Part shown: piece after piece, positions 1-10,649 of the stretch | Position numbering within the stretch: position 1 is the stretch's first letter | How the letters are laid out: the number at the start of each line of letters is the position of its first letter | NCBI GenBank assembly: GCA_010015805.1 | Contig: ML978135.1 | Span: 248,001 to 312,000, forward strand | DNA: 64,000 nucleotides | Direction of reading: 5' to 3' | DNA from: Rhizodiscina lignyota | Taxonomy: Eukaryota | The notes under the pieces: generated by a model | The model's input: the letters and a program-made list of their open reading frames with translations, nothing else | Told to the model about the DNA's origin: nothing | Databases searched by the model: none | Position numbers and translations under genes: made by a program

Positions 1-250
1 AGCGAAACCTGGGGAAATGCTTCACGTGCAAGCCAAGCCTCCGCCCGCAGAGCCGCATCGCCGCCACGAAATTTCCGTCTCGTTGCTTTCATCGTGTGTC
101 TCCGCCGTCGATCCTTCCACCTTCCACCGGGTCGCTCCTTTTCGAACACCATACTCTTCTAGCTGAGCGTGAGGCTTGGCTCCGCGCAAGAGTGTTCGAG
201 TGCTGTGAGAGAGCGGTAGAAGGGGTAGAAAGAGTTATTGTTGCTTCAAG

Positions 251-1126
251 ATGAACGCGCCTGATAGGTGAGCTTTTCCTTTCGACACTTGGTGTATCAC
301 ATCCATAAAGATGCAGTTACTACCTCTGTTAGGATTCTCTCCCAGCAGAGCTCTTGTATGCGCATCGCGTCGGGTGACTGGGTCGTTGCTGCCTCACGGT
401 TGAAATGAGCAGTAACACGCGACTTCCCTATTCCAACACACACCACAAACTGTATTTCCTTTGCGCTTTCAGAGTTCACACACCTCTACGATTTCTCTTT
501 CACACTGTCTGCAATGCCTCACATCGCTGAAACCGCGCCTGACAGATTCGAGCTCTTTATTCTCGGCGACGGCGAGAAGAAGGTGACATGGAACCTTGAT
601 ACAAGTAAGGCCACCTTCGAGCACACATCGTTTCCATATACAGCCCTCCTCTGCCGAATATTTGGGATACTGCATTCAGCTTCAAGTTTGAAGCTCCATT
701 GAAGCAGCCAGTTACTCTCCGAGCCATCGGAAGATTGCTGGCGCGTCATGGTGGCTCAGGCTCTTATCACTGCGGCTACTTCTTCTTATGGCAAAACGTA
801 CGGCCGGAGAGGGAGACTGACAAATTACTTTTGCAGGAGTGCCAAACACCGCCATCTTCACCTTCAACAAAGAGGATCACACGCTCGGACACCTCCTCTC
901 CTCCCGACTACACAAGTACAGCTACGTCCAATTCTCGGCATATATCATTCCACATCCGCTTCTACCTTCCTTCGACCTGCGCGTCACGACAGACGGCAGT
1001 GTAAGCCCGAAAGATGCGATCGTCCAGGCGTGCAGGGATATTGTCGGGGAGTTGGACCAGCTGAGTCGGGAGTTCACAAAAGAGTGGGAGTTGAAGAAGA
1101 TTGCAAATACTGAATCTAGGAATTAA
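251..1126 (+). CDS. RPB11: RNA polymerase II subunit RPB11 (3 exons: 251-267, 546-604, 837-1126)
   Basis: Spliced translation MNAPDRFELFILGDGEKKV...RVPNTAIFTFNKEDHTLG...HP...EF is the recognisable RPB11 signature; both introns are GT-AG. Confidence 0.95.
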
Positions 1127-1959
1127 AGTATCTTCTTTGGATCTGGATCTTCTACCGTCGGCACTTGCATTTGAAATGGAGTTTTGGAGATTTGAAAGGC
1201 GGATGGCACTCGGAAATCGGAATGATACTGGAATGAGGCTACACATTCGGTCGGTCGGCGTAAAATGAAATGTATGTCGGACCGTAGCTACAAAAGGCCC
1301 ACTTCTCCCGGGCTATTTTTCCAAGTTCAATAGAATTTGGAATTAAAATGACAGTTCTTGGCTATGCCGCGGTACAGTAAACACTTACTCATCCACCCCT
1401 CCGCTCCATTCCGCCAAGACCTTTTACCGGAACCAGTTCAATAATCTTGTCTGCGATTTTTATCCGTTTCGCTAGATCTCTGAGTTTGAATTACCCGCGT
1501 CCCCTACTTGCCCTATCTGCATCCCGATGCGGCGCCGCGCGGAGAGGCGACGATTAGTCAGTAGGTAGTCTGCTTGGCGAGTACGAGTAGGTGTAGCACG
1601 AGTACGTCTGGCACTTCGCGAAGCTGTCCCTGAACGCCACTCCTGCAACTCGCGGCCCTCCAGCCTCTCGTATTTGCAGCCGCGTCAATCAGAGGCTCTG
1701 AATTGATGACAGTTCTTGCATCGACCTATCCGCAAGTCTCGGCCCTGCCCGATCCTCGCCCCGATCCTCGTTCGTAGAACTGCTAGATGATGCAACTTAA
1801 ACCTCTAGCAGCTTCTTGCCTGTTGCCGAACCAACTTCCAGAATAGCTGAAGGCAACACGGTATAAGTATATAGCTCAATTTCCTGTCTCAATTTCAGTT
1901 TCAGCTGCTAGGCAAGTTTTCGAGTCGCTGCACACTGTTTACTTCACCCGCTCAAGCAA

Positions 1960-3224
1960 ATGCGAGCTCAATTGCTTTCCGTAGCTCTCGTAGCTACCCT
2001 TGTCTCAGCTGAGCCATGGGGTCACCCATCATGGCAGTCGAAAGATTCTTGCATTGAATTCTTCGTATCCGTTCCAGTTGATACGGTGACTTATCCACCT
2101 CTGTTCCCGCCCTTTGCAAATCAGTACGAGGCAACGGAGAATCTCCTTCAATCGACGAGTCGTACTGCTCCTCCTGCGACCGCCGTACTAGGCGAGCCAA
2201 AGAACATAAGCACCACATTCAAAATCAGCGCGAAGTACTGTCCACCAGCTGGTCATGGTTATGGCGAGAGCGTCGACACTGTTCTCCTCCTGACCCATGG
2301 TCTTGGATTCGATAAGAGGTAGGCTTCCCCACGATTCAACTCAAATGCTCCGACTAACGCAAAGTCTAGCTACTGGTCCTTCGAATTCCCACCGGGCGAC
2401 CCATCGAAGTACAGTTTCACCGCGCACGCCACTCCCAAAGGTTTCGCGACACTCTCCTACGACCGCCTGGGCTGCGGCTCCTCGGAACACCTGGACCCTT
2501 ACAACACCATCCAAGCGCAAATCGAGCTTGCAACGCTCATCTCACTTACCAGACTCCTGCGCGAAGGCAAACTGCACCACAGCGTGCCTGTGCCGAAGAA
2601 AGTCGTCCATGTCGGCCACTCCTGGGGCAGCCTTCTGTCCAACGGGCTTGCGTCGGCTGCAGGTGATCTCACTGATGGCATTGTCCTGACTGGCTTCTCG
2701 CACTTGGTGATATACCAGCAGTGGTTCTTGCACAGCACTGGATACCATCTTGCGAGCCTGAATCAGCCGAAGAGATTCGGAAACTTTGAGTCGGGCTATC
2801 TGACATGGGGCGACCAGGTCTATAACCAGTATAGCTTCCTCACTTGGCCATTCTTCGACCCAGGAGTGTTGAAGTTTGCGGAGGACAACAAGTGGCCGTT
2901 TACCGCGGGCGAGTTCTTGACGGGAGGCTTCGTGCCTGTTGTTTCTCCGGGGTTCAAGAAGCCGGTGCTGGTAAGCAGATTGTCATTATACATCGTTAGT
3001 TATGTGTGCTAATGGAGTTGTAGATGATGGTTGCCGAGTTCGATCTCATCTTCTGCGGCGCGAACTGCACGGGTATTGTCTCGGGACCGGCCCACCAGGT
3101 GTTCCCCGATGCCGACCTGCAGATCTATGAGCAGCCGAATACGGGGCATGGTATGAATCTGCATTTCAATGCGACCGGTTGGTATGATGTGGTGTTTGAT
3201 TGGGTTAAGAGTCATGATCTGTAA
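1960..3224 (+). CDS. Secreted alpha/beta-hydrolase (3 exons, approx. 1960-2318, 2370-2970, 3024-3224)
   Basis: Signal peptide MRAQLLSVALVATLVSA; LLTHGLGFDK, YDRLGCG and GHSWG nucleophile elbow; EFDLIFC and GHGMNLH (catalytic His). Confidence 0.85.
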
Positions 3225-3499
3225 GATGATTTGCGTGAGAAGATGGCGGCCGGGGATTCAGCATGCAAGTATGTAATCGCATAGTGTCGTAGTATGATTA
3301 GAGATTTCGATACCAATTGCACATTTCATTCGATTTTGCGATAAGATACACGTCCTTTTGGCTTTTAAAATAAATTCATTGGACGGACATTGTGCTGACT
3401 TGAGTTCATATAATCCGAAACTTCTGGAGTTCCAGCTGATCTAATCTCGAATCTCGATGCCCGATCTTTGCGCAGTTCGCAGGTAACACCTTTTCCATA

Positions 3500-4530
3500 A
3501 TCGTTGGTCTTTCCGAGCTTTGAAGCACACACCAGCAAACCGGCGCCTGGAGTAAGCATTCTCCAATGAGGCGATAATGCTCTCCACCTTCACGTTTCCG
3601 CAAGACGAAGGGATTAACTGCTCCTTCGAACAAACATCTCAGGTCGGTATCAACCGTCCCGGTGGGCCAAGGGCAATGTGATTGCGCATGAGGAGTATCT
3701 TCCTTCCTTCTCCGAAAACAGAAAGGCGTCCACATGAATATAGCCTGCGAAAATGGCTGAGAACGCCCCTCATCTTCCTGAGCGCATTGTTTAATCTGAG
3801 AATACCCCGTCTCAGCTTCTGGCTCTTTTGATCTGTTCCAAGTTTGTTTAATATCTTCCTCAATCTGTTTCGTGATGTTCCACTTATCATCGTTCAAGTT
3901 GCTCTATTCATCATCCTCAACATAGTTCGATGATTTCCCTCTCCTAAATTGTAACGTGATCGGTATATGATGGGAAATTCCAATCGGCTGTCTATGGAAT
4001 TATGATATCCGGGAATCTCCAGCCAATCAGTGACAAAGTTCTTCCAGCTTATTGAATGGAATTGTGGGAGATATTCCAGAATCCAGAAATAAATAATGAC
4101 CTGAATCGTCAGTAACAACATTCGTCGAATTCAAGAGGATACTTGGAACATAATGATGGAATATTAGACTTCATGACTCGTCGTCGCAAGAAGATACCGA
4201 TCCGATAATACTCCCGAAATCTATGGTCTCGTAGTAAGCTAATATCCATCAATAACATCAAGGAAGCGGGCGAGGGCCCGTGGTGCAAACGTTCTGCTTC
4301 GAACTTTGCCACGACTGTCTCCATTAAGAAGCCGCGAACTACGAACTCGCTGTGCTGCGTAATTCCGAACCAGGGGTTCATTGGCCCACCGGAAACGCGT
4401 AAGACTTTGCTGGACGGCGGTAGGCTTTATAGTGTCCACAAGATGGGCTCGGGACCTTTAGGGATGGAGGCAGAGAACTTTGGAACCCATGATGGTGGGC
4501 TTCCAGTGAACCCTGAGTTATAAAAATCTA
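3500..4530 (-). pseudogene. Decayed C-terminal part of a HET-domain-type gene
   Basis: Minus-strand frames give PPSWVPKF (LPSWVP-like), HIALGP...LFEGAVNPFVLRK...YRLIGEC, broken by stops and frameshifts. Limits are approximate. Confidence 0.6.
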
Positions 4531-4708
4531 CCATATTGAATATGCGGAACCCTCCACTCTTGCTAATGCAATACTCAGTTACTTCTCGAAATATGTCCGC
4601 ATGGAGTGTTATATAATCGGGCTTACGTGCATCGGAGTGCGCGGAAATATCCTACTCTTTCTATAGCCTTACTAGACCTGCAAGTCTCTCTATCCACTTC
4701 GACGGGAG

Positions 4709-5813
4709 CTACATTTCAGCATCAATCTGAACTGAGCTTGGAGGCTGTTTCCTGCTGAAATCAGGTTTCACGGTATGCTTCCTCTCTGAAACCCAATCCC
4801 TTATTGCTTGGAAGTCACGACACGTATGAGTGACATCGGAGACGACATAATTCCTTCCCAGACCTGGAAAATATTTCGTCGGAACCGGTGTGATGTCGCC
4901 GGCACACATGATGTATTGACGGATTTGCTCAATGCAGTGGCCTTGGGATTTTCTCAGCAGTGTTCATCATGTCAATAATGTGGCTCACCTTGATGGAGCA
5001 ACTGGTCTTCCGACATCCTGATTGAATAGTATCTTGGAAAGAGCCATTTCCGTATTTCGTGCTGTCACTGTCAGTACCTCTCCGTTCGGATAACATTGAT
5101 TGTCTTACAACGCAGTGCAACGTGTGAAACATGTCAAGCCTTGAACTTTGTAAGCGTTGATCTCAAAGACTTATTCCAGTGAACCAAGAATTACCCTGCC
5201 CGATAGCCACCAGCAGCATAGTTCCAGTACTGATCATATTCGTCTCCCCAATGATCTCTCGCTTCTTCCTCGGTTATCAAGAAGTAACGATCTATGACTG
5301 AGTCAATTTCGCTATCGATCCCTGACATTTTCACATTCCTTGCCTCGTAAAAGATCGTCCCATGCCTCGTCAATCTGCGGGTTCGGAAGGCCAACATATT
5401 TGATCGGATCAGAGTGAGGAACATAAGGAGTACCATCGGCCCTGAATTCGGGGCTTCCAGTAAAAGTAACAAGCGATTTTCTCAATGCCGACTTCGCAGG
5501 CCCTGCTTAAAGTTAGGTTGAACACCTTTCTGCATCGGAAATGCGTACCAAAATCTGTTTCATATTCAGAAATGAGGCCGGCCGATGTACCCTCCAATTG
5601 GGCAGTCGATGTACATTCCAACTGTTTTGGGAACATGTAAAGACCAAGCGCGACGAAAGCGAAGAATATAGTCGAACAAATCCACGGAATAGAGCCTGTC
5701 TCACTCCAGAAGGTCCTTCTCAGTCCATAGTCGAGTTCCTCTGCATGGCTTTGGTGAGCGCTCGACTTTAGTGGGACATACTTCGCTTGCTTGCTCAAGC
5801 GAAGCCAATGCAT
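4709..5813 (-). CDS. UstYa-like / DUF3328 oxidase, copy 1 (6 exons: 5813-5549, 5502-5344, 5291-5195, 5139-5109, 5061-4989, 4941-4709)
   Basis: N-terminal TM helix; YVGLPNPQIDEAWDDLL; GLDMFHTLHCV and HQGHCIEQIRQYIMCAGDITP (two HxxHC motifs); HTCRDF...W tail typical of the family. Confidence 0.92.
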
Positions 5814-6503
5814 AGTTAGACCAGCACGGGATGGGAATTAGATTTGACAAAGTGTAACAACCTTCAGGACGGCAAGTCTCGCAATTCCAGGAGAAATGGC
5901 AGCAAAAGGGCGAAAAGTGCAGGAAAATAGGGTCAGAACGCAGCGTCTTAGTTGTGCGGTTTTTGGTTCGTCGCCTCGCACATCAGTCCGTAGCGAGTAT
6001 AGAGATTACGATGCCACGCCATCATGCGGTGTGTCTGACATGAGAGCGCATCCTGTCAGCCTTCTCCATGTTTTTGGAGCCTTGAAAATCTGCGGGTCAT
6101 AACGGAACTGCTTTCAATTATCAAGTTCCACCGAGTCGGGATCGTTGGCGGCTGGAAAGGCCGTCCGCAATGCCCGAAGATGGAAATGGCAAAGAGCCCG
6201 ACTGTCATTTCATCCTTTCCCAATCTCAATCCCTATCTAGCGGAGCCTCATTTTCAACAGCAAGCACTACCGCTTCATGGTCGCACAATGCTTGAACCTT
6301 TGCTAATGAGGGAAACCCACGTAGTAGGCTCCGCACTATATCATAAAGTATTATTATTATGCAGAGCAAGCGAGTAAAAGGCACCGTAATCGACATTAAA
6401 CTTCTGCTAACGAAGAATCAATCCGAAATCAGATCCTATCAAAGCACAGCCGTCTTCGCAGCCTCCAAACAATGGCTATGCACCATTCTTGCCACCCATG
6501 TTC

Positions 6504-7597
6504 TCAATCGCGTTTCTCATTGCCATCTCTCCATTCCTTAAAGAATTTGTTCCCTGGGAATTTCCACCAGACACTCGTAAGATCCTCCCAAGGGAGTTGA
6601 TCAGCTGGGGGATCATTCAAGATCTTATCAATTTCATCCTTTGAGAGTAACGGGTCAAATGAAGCTGGAATTTGGTGATCTTTCGCCCAGTCCTGAACCT
6701 TCTCAAAATTACGACATGTGTGGCTCGTTGCTATGCGAGGGAATATTCCGGTGGAGATGGGCATATTAACATGCCATGAATTCGGGGATACATCTGCATT
6801 ACACATCAAGGCCTGGCGAAGGGCGTCGATACAATGCTCTACAATTAGAATATGTTAGACTCTTATTCTACGTATGTCACACCAGGAAACTTACCCCAAT
6901 GCCACCAGCCAGTCCAGTTACGATTTATCTGTCCATTCTCAATTCTCCACATATGAGGGTATCTTTCAGGCCAGATTGCTTTCCGAAGGTCGTTCAAACA
7001 ATGTAGCTGATGAAAAACATCTAGCTGCACCAAGTACTGCTTCGTTCCGGGAATATTTAGTGTTGGGTGAGGTAATCTGGCCGCTTCTTTCTCCGAGATT
7101 ACACTATTTCCAACTGGTACAGCAGTTAGTTCTGGGCTAAATCACTTAATTCTCCTCGCTACAGATCTTACAATTATACAATTCCTCCCATAGTCTATCG
7201 GTTTTATTCGTAGGGACTCCCATGTATTTTCCCGTCGTAAAGAATGTAGCATCAAATCTCTGTGGATGATACTCAATCACCGAATTTGCTGGCGCTATGT
7301 CAAAGAATAGAGTTAGCTTATGAACATTTCGAACATCTCTTTCAAGTACTTACACCATATTCCTAGTGTTGGGTCTCTCGTCTGAGTAGGGCGTGTAACA
7401 ATAATGAGAAGAAGAATACAAAGCGTGATGTTTAGGATATATGATAAGACAAGAGGAAGTTTGCAACACCTGGAAGCCGCTTTGGCTGCTTCCTCAGAGC
7501 TGTCATCCTGCAGTAGCGTCTTCTCTTCATCTAGAACTACTTTCTCCTCTGCATCCTCATACGGGTGCTCGACTCGATGATAAGTCCAAGGTGCCAT
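6504..7597 (-). CDS. UstYa-like / DUF3328 oxidase, copy 2 (4 exons: 7597-7354, 7294-7172, 7113-6895, 6838-6504)
   Basis: TM helix then SPANSVIEY; YMGVPTNKTDRLWEELY; LDVFHQLHCLNDLRK; HWEHCIDALRQALMCNADVSP; HTCRNFEKVQDWA. Confidence 0.93.
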
Positions 7598-8060
7598 TGC
7601 TGATAGTCATAGAGCGGAGAAAATCTAAAGAGAAGAAAGTCTAATAAGCACGAATAATCTCTTTTCATCTCTAAAAGCACGATAAGCACAGATCCCCACC
7701 CAGAAATCTCAAATCTCCACTTAACTAGGTTATACTATGGAAAAGCAGTTTCACAATATAACAATACTTAGAATATTATTTAAAACCGAAAAATTGCTCT
7801 TCCAGAAAGGGAATCACGCAACCCTGGTAATCGGGTACGATGGGGTCTATGCAGGGGGTAGTTCGCCCTATAGACCACATTACTTCGACACCACAGATAA
7901 GTCAAATCATAAATCCAGCCGAGTCCAACTATAAAATGAGCTGAGATCAGCTGAGTGCAGCTGTGCAGCTAGGATATGTAATTGTGGAGCTTCTCAGCAT
8001 TTGAACATACGTCTTCAGCGGCTTTTTGGATCGCTCAAGCTCTTCACTCACTACATGCCA

Positions 8061-8069
8061 TTTATATAA
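8061..8069 (+). promoter_or_regulatory. Putative TATA box of the precursor-peptide gene
   Basis: TTTATATAA about 100 nt upstream of ATG 8165, followed by a CA/CT-rich 5' leader. Confidence 0.4.
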
Positions 8070-8164
8070 CCTTCAAACGAATCATCCACATCTTCAGCGA
8101 CTCAATCGTCAGTCTACCACGAGCACACAATTTTCCCATATTTTTCCTCCCCTCAATTTACAAA

Positions 8165-8475
8165 ATGAGACTTGGGTCTTCTTTCTTCCTTGCGGCTCTG
8201 TCCATCATGGCCACAAATGCGGCAGCTCTCCCAAGTTAGTACTATTATAACCGAGTGTCATTAGAAAAAGCCTAACTCCTCATTTTAGGCCCTAATGCAT
8301 TGTCGCAAGATGGGATTGTACTTCCACGCGTAATTGAGCAAGGTATTTGGCTTGCGCTTTTATCAACCTAAAGGATTTCTAACTGAAACTTCTTCTAGTT
8401 CAGCAATCGAAGGAAAAGAGAGCGGAGAATAGTGTCGATAGTACCTCTTTGACAGAGTACGAGGACTATTTTTAG
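8165..8475 (+). CDS. Small secreted Kex2-type precursor peptide, 66 aa, putative RiPP precursor (exons 8165-8234, 8289-8342, 8399-8475)
   Basis: CAAAATG start context. Introns GTTAGT..CTAAC..TAG (54 nt) and GTATTT..CTAAC..TAG (56 nt) join into MRLGSSFFLAALSIMATNAAALPSPNALSQDGIVLPRVIEQVQQSKEKRAENSVDSTSLTEYEDYF*. Confidence 0.82.
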
Positions 8476-9155
8476 GATTAAAGCACAATTGGTCTTGAGA
8501 ACTGAGGATGATTGTTCTGTCGTTCTTAGTGTCCAGTGCAAAGCATAGAGTAGTCCATGGTCTCCGACTGCTTGCGTTAAGATAGAATCAATATGTCTTG
8601 TCTCCTCTTGAAACGGTTCATTCGATGTACCTTCGCCTATTACACCTTGAAGAGGTGACTTTACCATGTGATGAAATGAACGTGGACTTTCAAGGTTACA
8701 ACTTGCGTGTTCCCTAGATAGAGAGCGCAACATGCGGTAGACAGATGGAAAGATCTGCTACAATTAAGACTACACCCCGACAATGCCTGGAATTGACTTC
8801 TTTAACCGACAGGACTTCAACATCAGAACACTTTGGACATAGTTAAAGTTAAGGAACCGGACAATACCATCCTGTGTTTCAAGTGGACCGCCGATTCTCA
8901 CAAGATCCGTCTAACCAATTCGGTTCAGCTGATTTAGTCGTGTGCTTCTTCGGATGCCTCTGTAGGGTTGACCAACGACCGTCCATGTGACTGGAGCAAA
9001 AGAGTGCAGTATAACCGTCTCTCATCAAGTTGGTCCACCAGCGGGATTCGTCTTGGCTGCTATCCTAGCTTCCCCAAATTATGAAATTCAATTCTAAGGT
9101 TTCGATTCCAGCTGAAGTTGTAGGCTGTGAGGCGCGGAATGCGGAATTTACAATT

Positions 9156-9356
9156 GAGCTTCAGAATTGAACAATGAGGCGAAGCTTTAGAATTGAGCAA
9201 TGATTCAATGAGGTAAAAGCTTAGAATTAAGTAATAAGGCGAATGCTTTAGAATTAAGCAATGGTTTAATAAGGCGAAAGCTTCGGGATTGAACAATGAG
9301 GTGAGCAATGACTCAATAAGGCAAAAGCTTTAGGATTAGGTAATAACTCAAAGAGG
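9156..9356. repeat. Degenerate AT-rich tandem repeat (~6 units of AAGCTTYRGAATTRARCAATRA(...)GGCG)
   Basis: Recurrent aagctt(t/c)agaatt(g/a)a(g/a)caat(g/a)a..ggc units whose differences are mostly C/T and G/A. Confidence 0.75.
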
Positions 9357-9623
9357 ACTTCAGAACCGGGCAAGTAAACACTGCCCGAATGATTTCTTTC
9401 ATTCTTATAATAGGACTAGATAAACTACCATTACGGCGATCACAGCACTACAGCAGCACTAGTCTATCCCAATGCTATTATCCCGAAGTCCAACTTTCAA
9501 CAATTTCTTCAAACGCCATAGAACATTCGAAAATATCTAGATGCAATTTATACGTAGGCTGAGATTTAATTCAGTCCCATCGAAGTCTTTGAATTCGAGT
9601 ATGGAGGAAATTCTAAATAGCCC

Positions 9624-10016
9624 TCATCCCTCAACCTTGCAAACAACTTTGACAATGATCTCATCAAAGTTCTTGATAGAGTACGTATAACCAACTTCCT
9701 CAAAATTGAAACTCTCCACAATCTTAGATTCCTCGAAAAAGATTTTGCAAAAGACTTCACCGTGGTCGAGTGCAAGATGCCTAACAACTAGCCCTTTTCC
9801 CTTTACATGGGGAGTGATCTCGCCGTTGTAGGGGATATTGGCATAATAAGGTTTGTCAACGCCGACGATCTCCATGCCGAAAGTCTTCTCCTTCGAATAG
9901 TAGCTGGATCTCTTCTGCAAACCGATGTTTCGGACCTCGTTGATAGCAGTAGGGGTAGCGGTGACCAAGCTTGCAGCCGCGATGAAACTCTGAATGATAA
10001 GAGTATTGAAGTGCAT
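9624..10016 (-). CDS. Small secreted protein (130 aa), effector-like, with KR processing site
   Basis: Intronless ORF; signal peptide MHFNTLIIQSFIAAASLVTA; propeptide ending LQKR; two Cys; TATA-like tract about 150 nt upstream. Confidence 0.75.
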   Translation of the reverse strand: MHFNTLIIQSFIAAASLVTATPTAINEVRNIGLQKRSSYYSKEKTFGMEIVGVDKPYYANIPYNGEITPHVKGKGLVVRHLALDHGEVFCKIFFEESKIVESFNFEEVGYTYSIKNFDEIIVKVVCKVEG

Positions 10017-10649
10017 TTTGATCGATGTTGGATTTGGAGACTTGTTTCAAAGACGTGTGGAAGAGAACGATAGGTTGAAGGATATGCACTTCGTCCACAA
10101 TGAACGACTGGTTTGAGTTATGATGGTAATCGGGATAACTTGAGATGCAAGTCCGTCCTCTCTATATATATTATAGGGAATCAGCATTGGGTAATCTCAG
10201 TTTGGTGTATCGCTCTCGCCGGTCTACAGTATATGTCCACAAAAAGCAATCTTCGGGGGTCTCAGGCAAGTACGAGAAAATGCTCAGTCTGATTGGATTA
10301 ATTGCAGGCATCGCAGAACGACGAGTCGATGACCACGGTTCCGCTTACTCCTGTCCATAAGTAAGACCTTGATCGTCAATACATGAGCATTTAGCGTACT
10401 ACGACGTTAGGACCCAATTGCGCATATAAGAACATATCAAATGGTAAGCATATGGTCTTATGTGAGATTTGGTCGAGTGGATAGATTTGAATATGATATA
10501 CGAATAGGTTTTACTGCAAACGGTAACTACCTATAACTGAATAGAGATATTGGATTATTTGGGATTAGACAGTTAGGCTTGGTACGTTATTTAACGTACG
10601 AGAAAGGCCGAAAAGTTCAAGTCCGTAAAATACAGTGTTCGAGGTTAAC

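Noticed and set aside
605..836. TPP riboswitch or snoRNA in RPB11 intron 2
   Set aside because: Lacks the CUGAGA and GAUAAU..AGCG core of fungal TPP riboswitches; no convincing C/D or H/ACA boxes.
1960..3224. Secreted hydrolase as a member of the RiPP-like cluster (likewise the TRI12-like transporter at 12.7-15.0 kb)
   Set aside because: Both lie outside the HET remnants that bound the block and belong to common families; nothing in the sequence links them to the cluster. Not excluded, but unsupported.
8395..8733. 112-aa minus-strand ORF overlapping the precursor's last exon
   Set aside because: No recognisable motif; the plus-strand spliced model has a signal peptide, canonical splice signals and a KR site.
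9156..9356. Possible CRISPR-like array
   Set aside because: Eukaryotic context, degenerate units, no unique spacers of constant length and no cas genes.
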